Shown here in pieces: positions 14,311 to 29,500 of a DNA stretch of 64,000 bases (the first letter of the stretch is position 1; the number at the start of each line of letters is the position of its first letter). Location: assembly GCA_012295275.1 (NCBI GenBank), contig CM022670.1:3906001-3970000 (forward strand). Direction: 5' to 3'. Source of the stretch: Chrysomallon squamiferum. Taxonomy: Eukaryota; Animalia; Mollusca. The translations under genes were made by a program, and so were the position numbers. Below the pieces are notes generated by a model. The model was not told the DNA's origin and did not search any database. It was given only the letters and a program-made list of their open reading frames with translations.

Positions 14311-15014
14311 TACATCGTTGTCCTTAAAAAAGCCATTATTTCCTTCGGAAATCACAGTATTTTTATTATTAATTTTTTATTTTTTTTTTATTTTTTTTTT
14401 TCTCCTTAAGGCAAGAGCTTTAAAAATAGACCGTGCTCAAGAAGGTGAACATTATTGTTGTTACCAGCAGCAGCAGCAACAACAGCTACATCGTGCTGAT
14501 CTGGCTTTAGTCTGTAATTACGATTTGAGCGCACGTTACATCATAACGTAGTTAATGACGTCACCGACAAGCACTTAAAAGAAACCAATTTCGGCCATTT
14601 TTAAACAAACCACTAGCGCTACGTGCAGATCAGTTTGGCGAATCAGGGCTTCAGGCATTGTTGTCGTCGCTCACCACGTTAACACAAAACACGGTTTCTC
14701 CTGTGTGTTACGTCATAAGAAGGTTGATAACAATTTAAAGGAGGAACGAATGGAAGGTTTTACTGAAGTACATGTTATCAAAGAGCGGTATACATGTGTG
14801 TATGAATCTTTGAAACTCATTTTTATATTGTTGTTGTTGTTGTTGTCGTCGTCGTCGTGTTGTTTTATAAGTTAGTGTCATTTATTATTCTTTATATATT
14901 CGTACATATACACTGACGTATATAATTATTTCAAGACAGAAAACATTAATGTTATGTTCAGACTAATTCTGATTTTTAATTATTTGTTTATTTTTAATTA
15001 TTTATTTATTTATA

Positions 15015-15063
<49 letters not shown>

Positions 15064-15245
15064 GTGGTAGTAGTAGTAGTAGTTGTTGTTGTTGTTGTTG
15101 TAGTAATAGTAACAGTAGTATTAGTAGTAGTAGTTGTAGAGTAGTAGCAGTATTTTATCATACAAATATCAAATGTTCAGTATGAGGTAATATTATATTT
15201 ACAATTATATAATATTCTGGAGGAAAACTATAAAAGTTATAAATA

Positions 15246-15280
<35 letters not shown>

Positions 15281-15286
15281 ATAAAT

Positions 15287-15317
<31 letters not shown>

Positions 15318-16064
15318 AATTAGCTGCCAAATTACTTTCTTCTGCTGTAAATTCCTTATCAGGTCGGACGCACCTTTTTTGTCACGGACGAGAAAAACCT
15401 TTCACAAGGAAAACTTCGTCCTTAATCACATCACATCAATGATTCTTTTCTTCCAACAGCACTTTTTTTCTTCTTCTTCTTCTCCATTTTCCTGTAGCCG
15501 CTTAATCAGCGGATCGATGTCTTCTTTCGCTTTTATCTCTCCTGTCAGTTTAACTCCGCATCGTACAAGTCTCGTAAAGTCTCGTAAAGTCTCGCGCGCC
15601 ACTACGGCGAACAGACGTTAAGAATAAAATATACGCTTTCTTTCTTCTTCTTTTTTTTTCTTCTGTTTTTTATTTTTGTGTGGTTTTTTTTTTACACACA
15701 GTAGCATAAAAGTTCCACAGTAAGAATCAGAATCGCTCCACTATCAGACAGCGACAAAGAGACCTTAGAGATTGTAAAACGTTAAGAATAATATATATAT
15801 ATATATGTGTGTTATTCAACAATGGCGTATTGTTCGATATTTTATAGGCATGTGGGAAGAAAAGATATAGCATGCTGTCAAGCTGAAAAACATGTTTTTA
15901 TTTGTTTTATTTTTTGAATATTTTGCTTTGTTAATCTGTATATATATTTATTATTATTATTATTGCTGTTGATGTCGTTGTCGTCGTTGTTGTTGTTGTT
16001 GTTGTTGTTGTTATTGTTATTATTATTATTATTATTTTAGGGATGCGAGGATTTAGTTAATTCA

Positions 16065-16145
<81 letters not shown>

Positions 16146-16444
16146 CAAAAATAGGCAACGAGACTGACAGCACAGAATGAGACAGACAGACAGATAGACA
16201 GAGAGAACTCTCTGCTTATCTTTTATTCATTCATATCGTTATTCTTTAATTTATTCAGTCATTCAATTTTTCATTCATTTATTATAAAATTCATTTTTTT
16301 TAGTTCATTGAATATTTTTTTCATTCATTCATTTTTTTTTTCAGGCTTTCATACATAAAATTCATTCATTTCTATACTTTTTATTTTTTCTCCCATCTCT
16401 ATTTTTTTTCTCGTTAACATTTTCCATAAATCCTCTTCTCGTGT

Positions 16445-16660
16445 AACCTATATGTATATCTTTCTCTGCACCAACACCGTCATAATTCATCTCCTCGCAA
16501 CTACAACGACAACAGTCACAAGAAGAAGCTGTTACGTCGACGTTGTCAGCGGCTGACGTCGTCGTAGACAGTGAAGAATGACGTTGTACGTAACAGCAAC
16601 TTTGTTCTTAACGACCCATGTCATTTTTACGACGTGCTGTGTTTATTTACGACACTCTGT
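16445..16660 (+). mobile_element. Dispersed repeat copy A (hairpin-forming, MITE-like); homologous to 29283-29500 in opposite orientation
   Basis: ~110-nt ungapped core (about 16503-16612) aligns to the reverse complement of about 29345-29455 with ~17 mismatches by hand; internal inverted repeat CTGTTACG...CGTAACAG. Confidence 0.75.
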
Positions 16661-18058
16661 AGAGTACAGTTAATACGACAGACAAGGTGCTACATAACAT
16701 CATTTAATGTGACATATTATTAAACAACTTTCGCCATGTCTCGTGAGAGAGTTGATAGAACGAACAAATGACAGATATTTTTTGTTTTTAAACACGAGGA
16801 AACTCGGTTCCTTTTTTTTCTCTCGGGGCAGTTTAGCAAAAACTAGCATCCGAAAAGAATGTTCTGCCCTGTTAAAGGGAAGGTTTATAGATAAACTTTT
16901 CTCACGCTAATGGGGACAAAAAAAAAAAAATAAAAAACCACGAGGCAGTAAAGGTTTCTTCACTCTTCTATGAATTGACATTAAGCATATGTATAACGTC
17001 CCACAATCTTCTGTTAAGGATTGCATTGTTAAATAAAAACCTGTCTTTCTGCTTTTTAAAGGGAATGTTAGTGATTGTGTTTAAGTTATGGGAGATATTA
17101 TGTTCGCTCGAACAGTCTTTTTTTTTTCACGAACATGTTCCGGGTCACATGTTTATTAAAGCACATTGATCGCAGGTAGAGTGTTTGAGCCTTTCAGAGC
17201 ACGTATTTCGTTTCTTTAAATTTAATAATTCTGTACCCTTTAACTAACTAATAAAATTCCAGATATCCATATCAGCTTATTTGAATATGAATACGTTGTA
17301 AGCTTGTATTTAACGTATGAAAAACAAAAACGGAATGTCACAAACATAAAATATCTGACTCAAAAAAACCGAGAGGTATAACCAACGATGCAATCTATAT
17401 CATATCAATATAATCATTTAAAATTAAATTTGTATACATCTAAGTATGTTTGAGGGTATGTATGTATGTATGTATGAATGTGTGTGTCTGCGTGAATGTG
17501 TGTATGTATCTATGTATATATGTGTGTATGTATGCATGTATGAACATATGTACATATGTATGTATTATATATGTAGATTACAAGGCAACCCTCTTTTTTT
17601 TATTTCTTTTTCTTTCTTTTTTTTTCTTCACCTAATAACATTAATAAAATTCAGCTCTACATCCTCAAAGCGAATCCTTTATCATCTTCGCCGGACCTCA
17701 GTTGCGTAATTTCTTGCACTCACGCCTAAACTTGAGGCATCAAAGAACTAATATTAAAACATTAATAAATCGATCAACAGATAGGCCTTTCATCGTGCAA
17801 TTTCCGCGATATTAAAAGGCTAATGTATCCAAGGAAAAGGGTTGGTTTAAATTTCTTGATCACGTCTTGAAGTAAATTAACGTCTTGGATTATCGTTCCC
17901 TTCGTTAAAGCACCAATGGAAATTTGCTGGAAGTATTATTAAGATTTAATTGATGAATTCATTTTTCTTAACGCGCGGGTATTAATACTTTGAAAATACG
18001 TATTAAGAACAAAAAGCAAAATGGCAAGATCACCTTAGGCGATCTATGGGAATCTAGA

Positions 18059-18140
18059 GCGAAAGATTCGATTTCGAGGAACTGGATTGCAAGATTTGAT
18101 TTCGGGGAATTGTGTCGCAAGATTCGATTTCGTAGAATTT
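18059..18140. repeat. ~28-30 bp tandem repeat, 3 diverged copies
   Basis: AAGATT(C/T)GATTTCG core three times. Confidence 0.8.
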
Positions 18141-18579
18141 CATGCTTTCTAATTTGCAGTTTATTATTTTCATTTCTTTTTGCATTTCTAAAATAATAAT
18201 AATAATATAAAAACAAACCAAAAGATTCTACATCGAGTTCTATTTTAGAATTATTTCAACAAAGATTGGAATCACATTTTTAAATTATTTTTTTTTTTTT
18301 TTTTTTTTCGTTCCTTCTACTGGGGCCACATCTGCTATTTAGTCAGTGAGAGAATATTTTTATTTATATATATATTTTTTTCTATTTATTTATTTATTTA
18401 TTTATTTTACTGATACCAGTGTTACATATAACCTAGAAAAACCCAGACGCTTCGTGCTGTCGCCTGTGACACAGACAAACACGATCGCGGCTCTCAAACG
18501 TTTCGTTCAAAATCCTTTCTCCGTCCCCACGACGCAGTTTGTTTTTGTAACAGTTTCCTCCGTCAACACGTCTGTGACG

Positions 18580-18636
<57 letters not shown>

Positions 18637-19472
18637 CGACGTCACGGTGGCCAGGGGGTAAAACACTCCATCAATCAAAAGATCTCACGCATTTTTACTC
18701 TGATGGTATTCGTCAGGGTCGTTGACCTGCGAAATACCTGTGTACATTCCCACCGCACACATCTGCAGTGAAGCCTGTAATCCTGCTTTATAAGCATGTG
18801 ACATGATTTTGTGAATTCCTCTGATGTACACGATACATTCTTTTTTTTTTTTTTTTTTTTTTTTTTTTGCCCAGCGGTAGTAGTAGGCAAGATGATGTTT
18901 TCATGATGGACATTTCATTTCTAAAATCTGCTAATACAATTGGCGCCGCTATTGACACTATTGATGTTACAACTACAACAACGTCTGTAATTACTACTAC
19001 TTCTACCACTTCTACCACCACAAGTACTAATATTACTACAACTACTAATATTAATACTTCTGTTACTACTAACACGAAAGCTCCTATAGTATTCGTATCA
19101 CTATTAGTATCACTTCTGATGTAACCACTGTCTCTACTGATGCAACTATTACAAGTATAACTGCAAAAACTTTAACATGTCTACCTGTAACAACTACATT
19201 ACTACGTACTTTTCTGTTTTACTACTTCTGTTACTAAATAATTAAAAATTACGCAATTAATATTTTTAATATTTGTTGCCAAGACCAGTAAGCCTTTATA
19301 AATCACGCTAAATTCGAAACAATTAAGCATTTGAAACTCAAACATTAAATCCAAGTATGTCTATATTATCTTTTGTACCCAATTCGGGATCCTTTAACTC
19401 TCAGCCCTGTAGCATCCTACCAAAGCAATTTACATATTACAACGCATAGTGTTAGGCAGAGAGAGAGAGAGA

Positions 19473-19610
19473 CAAGATGGCGATCAAGGATTTTTACGTT
19501 TAGCTTTGGGTAGAAGCCGATACCTGCGTTCGATCTCAACGCCTCTCGTTTAATGGACATTATTGGTTTATCCGCGGTGCTATAAAAGATGTTCCGGTTT
19601 CCGTGACTAT
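19473..19610 (+). promoter_or_regulatory. Candidate core promoter (YY1-like, reverse CCAAT, TATA, ETS-like motifs)
   Basis: CAAGATGGCG 19473-19482, ATTGG 19562-19566, TATAAAAG 19581-19588, TTCCGG just downstream. Motif matches only. Confidence 0.3.
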
Positions 19611-20669
19611 ATTTGGCTTTAACAACAATTTAAAAAAAAAAAAAAGAAGAAGAAGAAGAAGAAAAGAAGCTAACATCAGGATATGTCATTGATTTTTCTC
19701 AGAATTAATGCAATATTCAACAGCCTTCTACACACCCAGCTCCAAGCAGCATGCTCAGTGTATAATTTGAATAAAACTGTCAGTGAAAGAGATTAAAATA
19801 ACATTGCTTGTTATTCTATGCTGGCTGGTGTCACAGAGTAAAGGTTTTTGAAGAAAAAAAAAAAGGAGAGAAAGAATACAGAATTATTGACGTATGCACG
19901 GACGCATGCGGAAAATCGTTGTAGTAGTTGCTTTGTCGGAGTTATTTTATCATCGATGTGTTAGTTACATTTTAAGTCTTGAAAAAGAGTCTGTGCCCAC
20001 AACAAACTGCTTGAATTTTAATTAAACACGAACAACAGTACCCATCTTGTGAAGAACCCGTCCTACCACTCTTAAAAAACCCACAATAAATAAATAAATA
20101 AATTAACAATATATAATATACTTTTAATAGTAGTATATTACTACATCCACGTCTACAACTACTGCTATTTTAATACTATTTCTACTGCTATAATTACTAT
20201 CACCGCTATTACTCAAAACTATTACTACTGCTACTGCTATTACTGCTGCTGCTGTTGCTACTGTAACTACTACGATTACAGAAATTACTACTACTACTAC
20301 TACTACCACTTTTACTGTTACTGCTATAACTTCATAACAACACGCATCTAATCATTTTCATATATTAAAACATTTTTCATTTTTATTTACGTTTTCACTT
20401 TAAAGGAGGATATGCTGCATTTTTATTGTTTATTAAAATTAAGTACAGAATATCGTGCACCTGCACGAAACAGCCAGCTTAATGACAAAATCAATAACAC
20501 GTGATGCAGAATTTCATTTTTTAATTCCTTTCTTTGTCTTTCTTTTTTCTTCTTCTTTTCTTTCTTTTTTTTTAATTTTCATGTTAATGTTGTTTTTTTT
20601 TTTTTTTTTTTTTTCTATTAAATCTTTAATTCCAAACAAATGTTTTAAATTATTGACAAGATCTTAAAT

Positions 20670-20704
<35 letters not shown>

Positions 20705-21409
20705 TTACTGGCACTGTTCAATTATCACCTACCTATGTACAAGCATACTGTTGTATACAACAAATATAAATAAATATATTAACATTGGAAAATTTAATAG
20801 TATATTCTAAATACCAACATTCATTCTTCTGTAAACATTTAAAAAAAAAAAAAAAAAAAAAAATAAATAGCATGTTAATTTTATAAAATTGCATATCAGC
20901 AACTTTTTTCCTTTTCAGAATGTAATTGCTGTTGGAGTAGCAGCAGACGTTGCCATAGTAACAATATTTGAAGTAATAAGAGCAATAGTACTAATTATGA
21001 CAATAGGAATAGTAACAGAATCTAACAATAATGGAAGTAGTTGTAGTAAAAGCAGTAGTGGTGACAGTAGTAATAATAGTAATAGTATTATTAGTGGTAG
21101 CATTTCTAGTACTTGTAGTATCAGCAGACTAGAGGTAGCAGTAGTAGTTCTAGTAGTTATTGTAGTAATAGTAGTAGTAGTGGCAGTAACTGTTGCTGTT
21201 GTAGATCTAATAGCGCTGGTACTATATTAATTATCAGTGTTGTGGATGAAGTTTTGTTATAGTTGTTGGTGTTGCTGACGTAGTTAATCGTATGAATACA
21301 TGGTCATTTTTATAATATCTTTTAATAATAACAATAATAATAACAACAACAACAACAATTCAACTGAATAAAACAAAAATAAATACATAAGTAAAACTAA
21401 ATAAATAAA

Positions 21410-21440
<31 letters not shown>

Positions 21441-21619
21441 AAAAATAAATAATTAAATAAATAATATAAAATAAAATATCAATAACACAAATTTCCGAAT
21501 TGAAATACTACAGCAGTTTTGAAAAAGCAAATTAGATTTACGCTGCATTTGTAGAAATGTTACCGTGACATCGACATTCGCGTTAGACATTACATATTGA
21601 ATTAACAGATAAAACTCTG

Positions 21620-21880
21620 TCAGGCGCAGACTACCTATGTGGTGATTTTGTTTTATCTGGCATCCAGCCAACTGGTCTAAACAAAAGCCCGGGTCACGCG
21701 CCGAGCGCGGACCGATCCCATATCGCTGTGACCTTGTAATATTTAGGAGACGTATTCCTACGCGTTTTGTTATGGCCGGGCAGTGTTGTTATTTAAATAG
21801 GTCAAACGACTATGCAGTGTATTTGCGCACCTTATCAGCCTACCTTACACAAATACCTCTCGGCTTAAATACGCTAGTCA
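21620..21880. promoter_or_regulatory. CpG-rich enhancer-like island
   Basis: GGGTCA and TGACCT half-sites, overlapping MEF2-like TATTTAAATAG and RORE TAAATAGGTCA (21794-21804); unique sequence between simple repeats. Confidence 0.4.
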
Positions 21881-21936
21881 AACAATGGTTATTTTTCATT
21901 CATAGTTTATAAAATAAATGGAAGACATTTTTGGTG

Positions 21937-21971
<35 letters not shown>

Positions 21972-22247
21972 GACATGAATTAAATTTTTTTTTTTTTTTT
22001 TTCATGTACAATGCATATGTGGACAAGGAAAATATGTTGGTGAATTAAATTTTGCCTGAGAGAAAAATATATTACTGAGTTATTCATTCATTCATTCATT
22101 CATTCATTCATTCATTTTATCTTTCTTTTTATTATTATTATTATTTTTTTTTTTTGTTTTTTTTTTTTAATTCAGTCGAGAGAAAAAATAACGTAAAATA
22201 ATAGAAAAGTTGGGGTAAAGACTTTTTCAAAAAGGATATAGAAATAA

Positions 22248-22287
<40 letters not shown>

Positions 22288-23523
22288 TTTACAACAGTGA
22301 TAACATTGATGACAACATGAAAATTAGGTCAGGTTGATACTTCGTGTGGTAATGACCTTTGTAATTAAATTGTTTTTTCAACAGCGTTCTAGTTATCAAT
22401 TTGTTTGCGTCAGTAATGCACCCCCCCCCCCGAGTCGCACTATATAAAACTTATGTTCAAGTCTGATGTTTGCTCAAGGAGTTTCAGGTTTACAAAATTA
22501 AATTAAAATTTAGAAAAAAAAAATAAATAAATAAATAATACAAACCCGCAACATGATGATCAAGAGCTTTTCTTTTTGCTTTTATTTTCTTAAAATATCA
22601 TTTTGAAAACTATCTTTTACTGCTTAATTTTTTACTATTGAATTTATTATTATTGTTGTTGTTTTTGTTGTTGTTGTTGATGATGTTGTTGCTTTGAAAC
22701 AACCTTTTACTAATAGTTTCTTTTTTACTAAATAAATAATTTAATTGTTCGATTCTTTATATATTAACTTATTTAATCGTTTATTTTCACATTTACATAC
22801 TTACTTAGTCGTTCATTTTTACATTTATGTACTTATTTTATTTTTTTAAATATTTTTTATATCATATATCTTTTTATTTATTCCTCTGTCATCCGAAATT
22901 TCATGTCTTTCTTAATACTCCATTCCAATATCATTCGTCACCGATCTGTGTAATGACGTCACGAAAAGAGCTTTGAGTTTACATAGTGTTTTATTGTCAT
23001 TCTTTATTGCTAACAAAGAATAGTCGCTATAGAAATTGTAAATGGAAATGTAACTATGTACGTAGGCCACATTTTCCACTGACACTATAGACTATTTTAA
23101 ACCGATTTAGTTAAGTCGCATATCATTAACTTGGATATTTTTAGCCCGTAAGTTAAGACGGAATAATTAATTTAACATTAAATAAACATTAATCAGTATT
23201 TATATAGCACACCTATATATATATATATTTGTTTGTGTGTGTGTGTGTGTGAGTGTATGAGTGTGTGTGAGAATGTGTATATATTACCATATTTACATAT
23301 GAGCATATGCATGTCATGGCCGTAACTAGAATCTTTTCGAAATGAAGCAAAAACACTTAATACCAGAGCCGAGCGAGTCCAAAAAAAAAAAAAAAAAAAA
23401 AAAAGGGCGAGGTGTCTGGGCACTTCAAACAGTAACCGTAGACATAAACGAATTCATTCAGTGGACATCGTTTCTGTCGGAATAGAGATTTATATTTGAT
23501 ATTTTTAAAATAAAATTTCTATA

Positions 23524-23612
<89 letters not shown>

Positions 23613-24576
23613 TGTCAGTTTCGGTAAAAGGCGTTTGCCTCATTTGCCTCAGTATATGACGGCCATACATTCATTGTATGTGTATATGTTTGTATCATAT
23701 CGTAAAAACAAACACGCATGTGTATATTTATTTTATTTTTATTTATTTATTTCTCTCGCTATCTGTATTAATGACTTTCCGTCAAGTAGGTGACAAGGCG
23801 TTTTTCAGGATGTGAACAGTCAACAACGACAACAGCGTCACGTGAAAACGGCAAACGCATTAGTAATAGGTATTTATTGCGAAATGGATCCGGATTCTTT
23901 ATCTGACCTAGAAAACGAAAACGTCAGTTTGACGTCACGGGACTAGTGAGTCAGTGATTGGTCAATGCCGAACAGGAACGTAAACAGCTAGAGGGGTGGA
24001 GTAAGGAAGATACTAGTTTAGGATTAATAGATTTTATTATAATTAATAATCGTTTGTGATATTTTGAATAGTTTCTGTTAACATGTATATAGATAGATAG
24101 ACAGATAGATAGATAGATAGATAGATATCCGTACACAAAATAACTCACATAAATACGTGCAATCCTAATAAGCACTTTTTCACATGCAAAGTGAAACTGA
24201 AATTATATTCTGTATATACACATACAAACATTCATACAAACATTCATACATACACTTACATATATGTATATATACACACATACATATACGTATATTTTGT
24301 ATATACACACAAACATATATACCTACATTCATACATACACTTACATGTACACACACACACACATATATATACATACATTGGTACATACATACAAATACAC
24401 ACACACACCTCTGTAGAAGACGTTAACAGTACTTACCTAGACCACGTCTATGCTTGCTATATACATGTGTGTGTGTGTGTGTATGTGATGGTGTGTGTTT
24501 ATATATAATTAATTGGATATTTAGCCTTCTTATTTATTTTATTATTATTATTATTTTTATTATTTATTTATTTATT

Positions 24577-24621
<45 letters not shown>

Positions 24622-24647
24622 GATATTATTATTATTATTTTATTTTA

Positions 24648-24683
<36 letters not shown>

Positions 24684-24814
24684 CTAACTTAATACCAGCA
24701 AATTAAACAAACAAAACACTATGATATCATCTGACAACACCTCCATGTCAGCATTATTTTAACATCACTGGAATGTTCTAGATCAGACAGAAATAAACAC
24801 AGAGAAAGAGAAAA

Positions 24815-24856
<42 letters not shown>

Positions 24857-26696
24857 GGCGCGAATTTACTTCGCTTATAATTTATTTATTAACGTGAATC
24901 TCGTTCCACTTGGCAAAGTGCCAAGAGACTACCCCCACCAGATTATATTTTAAATGTATATGACGTCAGAGCAGTCGACAATAGGCCATTGTACTGCAGT
25001 ATACGCACATGCTTATCGACAAATGAAAATGTTAATACATACCTATATGTATACGACCTCCTTGGCTTCATTTAGCTTTTGTAAAATGTAATACGTATTA
25101 CGTCAGAAGCTATTTTGTTTCTATGTCATTAATTTACATTTAATTCCATGCGTGAAGGCAAACTGATCGGCAGCATTCAGCGAGAAAATAATTGGGCATT
25201 GTTATTATTGTTGAGTTTGTTGTTGTTGATTGTATTGTTAAAACGTATTTTGTTTGGAGTTTTTGAGGTTTTTGTTTTGTTGTTTTGTTGTTGTTGTTGT
25301 TAAGATGGTAAGGCTGTTGCTGCTGTCGGTGTTGTTGTTATTATTACTACTACTATTACTACTACTGTTGTTGATGGGGTTGTGGTTGTTGTTGTTCGTA
25401 GTTGTTGTCGACGTCGTCTTTAGTATAACTTCTACTGCCTCTGCTACGAAGGTTTTTATTATTACTAAAATATTGTTGTCTATGTGCAAATATTAATGAG
25501 ATTTTCAAATATATACAGAAATATTTAATCAGATATTGTTTTATATATACATATATATATATATACACACATATATACACACGCACGCATTCACGCACGT
25601 ATTCACACACTTTTAGTTCCGTTTTTACAGAACGTTAACTTACATCTCTTGATTAAAGATCGGCGGCTGTTTACAAGATTTTACATTTTCGGTATCGAAC
25701 CTTAACTATCTTTGTCACAATACGTGATCATTCAGTTACGAAACAGTCATTATTTGGGGCTTATATCAGTGACTCTTTTTTGCATGAGGATATTGATCAC
25801 AGAAGTATCGTGCTTAAAGTAATACGGAGGGATTTTACAACAGTGCAATTTGCGATAATTATTGTTGTTATTCGGAGCCGTGTAACATCTCGAACTAATC
25901 CGATCCATTGCTCGTTAGTCGCCGATTGTCGTGTCATGCGCATGGGATTAAAGTTACGTAAATCGTTACGTCACATCCTGTTATGACCAGGAATAAATAT
26001 TTGTCACTGTTTATGTTATCGTGAGAGTCCTAGAGGGAAAATAAATAAACGAAGCAGTTTGTTCCTTTCAGGTCACTGGATAAATGAATTATGGGTAATA
26101 AACAACTGATTTTGATGTGTTTATTGTTGTTGTTGTTGTTGTCATAGTTATTAATGGATGTAGTATCAGTAAGATCATTGTAGTAGCAGTAATAACAGAG
26201 TTAATAATGATTGTAGTATTTGTAGTGTGAGTAGTAATATTAATAGTAGTAGTAGTAATAGCAGTTGCAGTAGTATTAGAAGTAATGATGATGGTGGTAG
26301 TGGATGTGGTGGTAATTGTCGTGTTGATTAAAATAGTGAATGACGTGTGAACTGTATCTAAATATTAATGTTTGGATGTTTCTTTTGTGTGTGTGTTAAT
26401 ATTCACATATACGTCTGTGTTTGTGTATAAATAATTGCAAATGCAATGAATTTGTGTTTCATCTTCATTTAATATATTTGCGTCATGAAACAAATGAAAT
26501 TAAATCACTTCAAAAAAAAAAAAAAAAAAAAAAAAAAAGAAAGTAAATAAATAAATGTTGAACGTGACCCAATGCCGCGAGGCAAATGTTTTCAGTAGTT
26601 TCAAGCTCGCGTGTCTGTTAATTAGTTTTTTAGTTTTAACTTCAAAGGATTCTTCAGTTTAGTTTATTATCCCGAGGCTGAATTAGTCATGAACCC

Positions 26697-26779
<83 letters not shown>

Positions 26780-27905
26780 TATTGCACTTTGTGAACGTAC
26801 AGTTGTAATTAAGTCTTTGACTCGATTACATCGCATCTCGTGACTTGGAAAATCCAAACTGGTTCTGTATCGGACGTCACTTCCTTTCTCCCCCCCCACA
26901 CCAATTTTTCTCCAGCTCGTTTTATTTTTAAAAAATTTTGTTTCCCATTATTATATTTTTTTGTTGTTGTTGTGATATTTGTTACGTTTGCTTTATATTT
27001 TATAATACTGTTGTTGTATTAAAAAAAAAAAGAAAAAGAATAAAGATGGAGATCAGCTTGAAGGCTTATAAACATAAAGGTGAATATATAAACATTTGCT
27101 AATGCACTGTTTGAGCTCTGCGATAGACATCTGTAGTAGAATTGGGCACGACAGGCAGCCTTGAACGATAATCTAATGGAGTCTTGTTAAGAACAATAAC
27201 TCACGCCTCGTTTTCGTTTTTATTCGTCATCACTTCTTCCGTACTCGCGGTTTGGCTGTTGTTTGATCCTCCCCCTGGGATTTCCCAGACTTCTCAGTTC
27301 CCAAGAGAACCAGCGCCCCGGTTTCCTCGTTTTCATAGTTCAAATGATGGCGTTTTAAGTGTGTGAATAATTAGATGAATTAGTGAATGAATGACTGAAT
27401 AAATGAATGAAGATGCTGAGTGAGGGAGTTTCATTTTGTGAATGAATATGTTATGCACAAGAATTAAGTGAATAAATGAAGAAATTCGTTAACGTAATGA
27501 TAATGTGTTTTTTTTAAAAAAAAAAAAAAAAAGAAGAAAGAAGGAAAGAAAGAAAAATTTAAAAAATAAATAAATAAAAATGAATGATTAAAAAAAAAAC
27601 CCACATACAACAACAATGAATGGGTGAGGAAATGGTTCAGTGAAAATTTACGAGTGAATAAATAAGTGATAAGTAACCTACTGAAGTAGTAAGAGCAGTA
27701 GATTAGTGGATGAATGGGTGTATTAGTATTCATAGCAAGATGAGTAAGAGACTGAGTTAGCAGTCGTAATAAAGGAATACATTGATGAGTGGATGACTGG
27801 ATGAGCTAATTATCAATAATGAGACAATGAATATTAATGAGTTAATTAAAGGAGTAAATGAAAAAAAAATCAGTCAGTGAAATAAATAAATAAATAATAA
27901 TATAT

Positions 27906-27950
<45 letters not shown>

Positions 27951-28582
27951 CAGAATAGAATTAATTGTAATAATTAGATTTTTTTAAGGGTATTTCGTTG
28001 TCTCCGACATTTACATTAATGTATTCACCATCAGAAGATTTTTTTTTATTATTCTGGAAAAAACAAAAACACCCCCCCCAAAAAAAAAAACCCTATTCTT
28101 TATATTTATCACTTCCCATTGACAATATCTGCCTATATTTAGATTTTGAAACTCAAAACTCGGACATCTGTTTTCATGTGTGTTGAATACCTACATGGGG
28201 GTGGAACGCAGAAAAGGAAAATAACAACAGTGTTCATCTCCAGCTGCATCCTTGTAATAATAATAATAATATATTCAGTTTCACCTGCAGTCTTTGGAAA
28301 TGGTAGAAGCCCTAATATCCCATTCCAAGCTATCTTTTATCTCGAAAGCCAGGAGGCAGGGTTTTTTTTTTTGTCTGTGTTAAAATTAGGTTTGATATGT
28401 GAGCTGATTAGTTAAACAGAAGAGAAATGTGACTACTGGGTCCCTGGATTCGATCCCATAATCCACCAGGCTTAAGTCAGCTGGCGTAACCGTTGTGCCA
28501 TATTAACATCGAATATAATAGTTAAATGTAAAATATAAAACAATAACATGCTGGAGAATGTGTACGGTTGTTTATTTGTGTC

Positions 28583-28623
<41 letters not shown>

Positions 28624-28670
28624 TTTTTACTTTATTATTTGTTCAGTTAAATATATTTAGTTACAAGAGA

Positions 28671-29245
28671 TATCTGTGTATACTGTATAACTGTGTGACA
28701 TATCTGTGTATACTGTATAACTGTGTGACATATCTGTGTATACTGTATAACTGTGTGACATATCTGTTTATACTCTATAACTGTGTGACATATCTGTTTA
28801 TACTATGTAACTGTGTGACATATCTGTTTATACTGTATAACTGTGTGACATATCTGTTTATACTGTATAACTGTGTGACATATCTGTGTATACAGTATAA
28901 CTGTGTGACATATCTGTTTATACTATGTAACTATGTGACATATCTGTGTATACTGTATAACTGTGTGACATATCTGTTTATACTGTATAACTGTGTGACA
29001 TATCTGTTTATACTGCATAACTGTGTGACATATCTGTTTATACTGCATAACGGTATGGCATATCTGTTTATACTGTAAAAAATGTGTGACACAGCTGTTT
29101 ATACTGCATAACGGTATGGCATATCTGTTTATACTGTAAAAAATGTGTGACACAGCTGTTTATATTATATAACGATATCTCATAGTTGTTTGTATTGTAT
29201 AACGGTTTGACATATCTGTTTAAACTTTGTAACGGCTTGATATAT
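28671..29245. repeat. 30-bp minisatellite, ~19 copies, degenerating rightwards
   Basis: Unit TATCTGT(G/T)TATACTGTATAACTGTGTGACA with exact 30-nt period to ~29060, then 30/31-nt variants. Confidence 0.97.
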
Positions 29246-29282
29246 TAAATATATTCTACAGCGTTATATAGTGAATATATAC

Positions 29283-29500
29283 CACACAGGAGTCATCGTA
29301 AATAAAAGGTACATGGTGCTTAAGTCATAAAAGTGACGCTTTTGGTTGAGAACAAAGTCACTGTTACGTACAACATCGTTATTCACTGTCTACGATGACA
29401 ATAGACGTTGACAACGTCGTCGTAACAGCTTTGTCTTGTGACTGTTCTCGTTCTTGTTGTCAAAAGATATAGTGTTAGTATAGAGGCAGGTATCTAGGTT
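29283..29500 (-). mobile_element. Dispersed repeat copy B (inverted partner of 16445-16660)
   Basis: Reverse complement reads AACAGTCACAAGACAAAGCTGTTACGACGACGTTGTCAACG...TCGTAGACAGTGAATAACGATGTTGTACGTAACAG, matching copy A. Confidence 0.75.

Noticed and set aside
16872-17243. TTAAAGGG...CCCTTTAA ends suggesting a Kolobok-type element
   Set aside because: The inverted match barely extends beyond 8 nt, and similar TTAAAGG strings are frequent in this window.
24431-24440. Perfect minus-strand splice donor (AG/GTAAGT)
   Set aside because: The would-be exon runs into (CA)n/(TG)n microsatellite with no acceptor or ORF; likely chance.
28548-29078. 176-aa ORF with YLFILYNCVT repeats
   Set aside because: A stop-free frame of a 30-bp minisatellite, preceded by (GT)n; no coding evidence.
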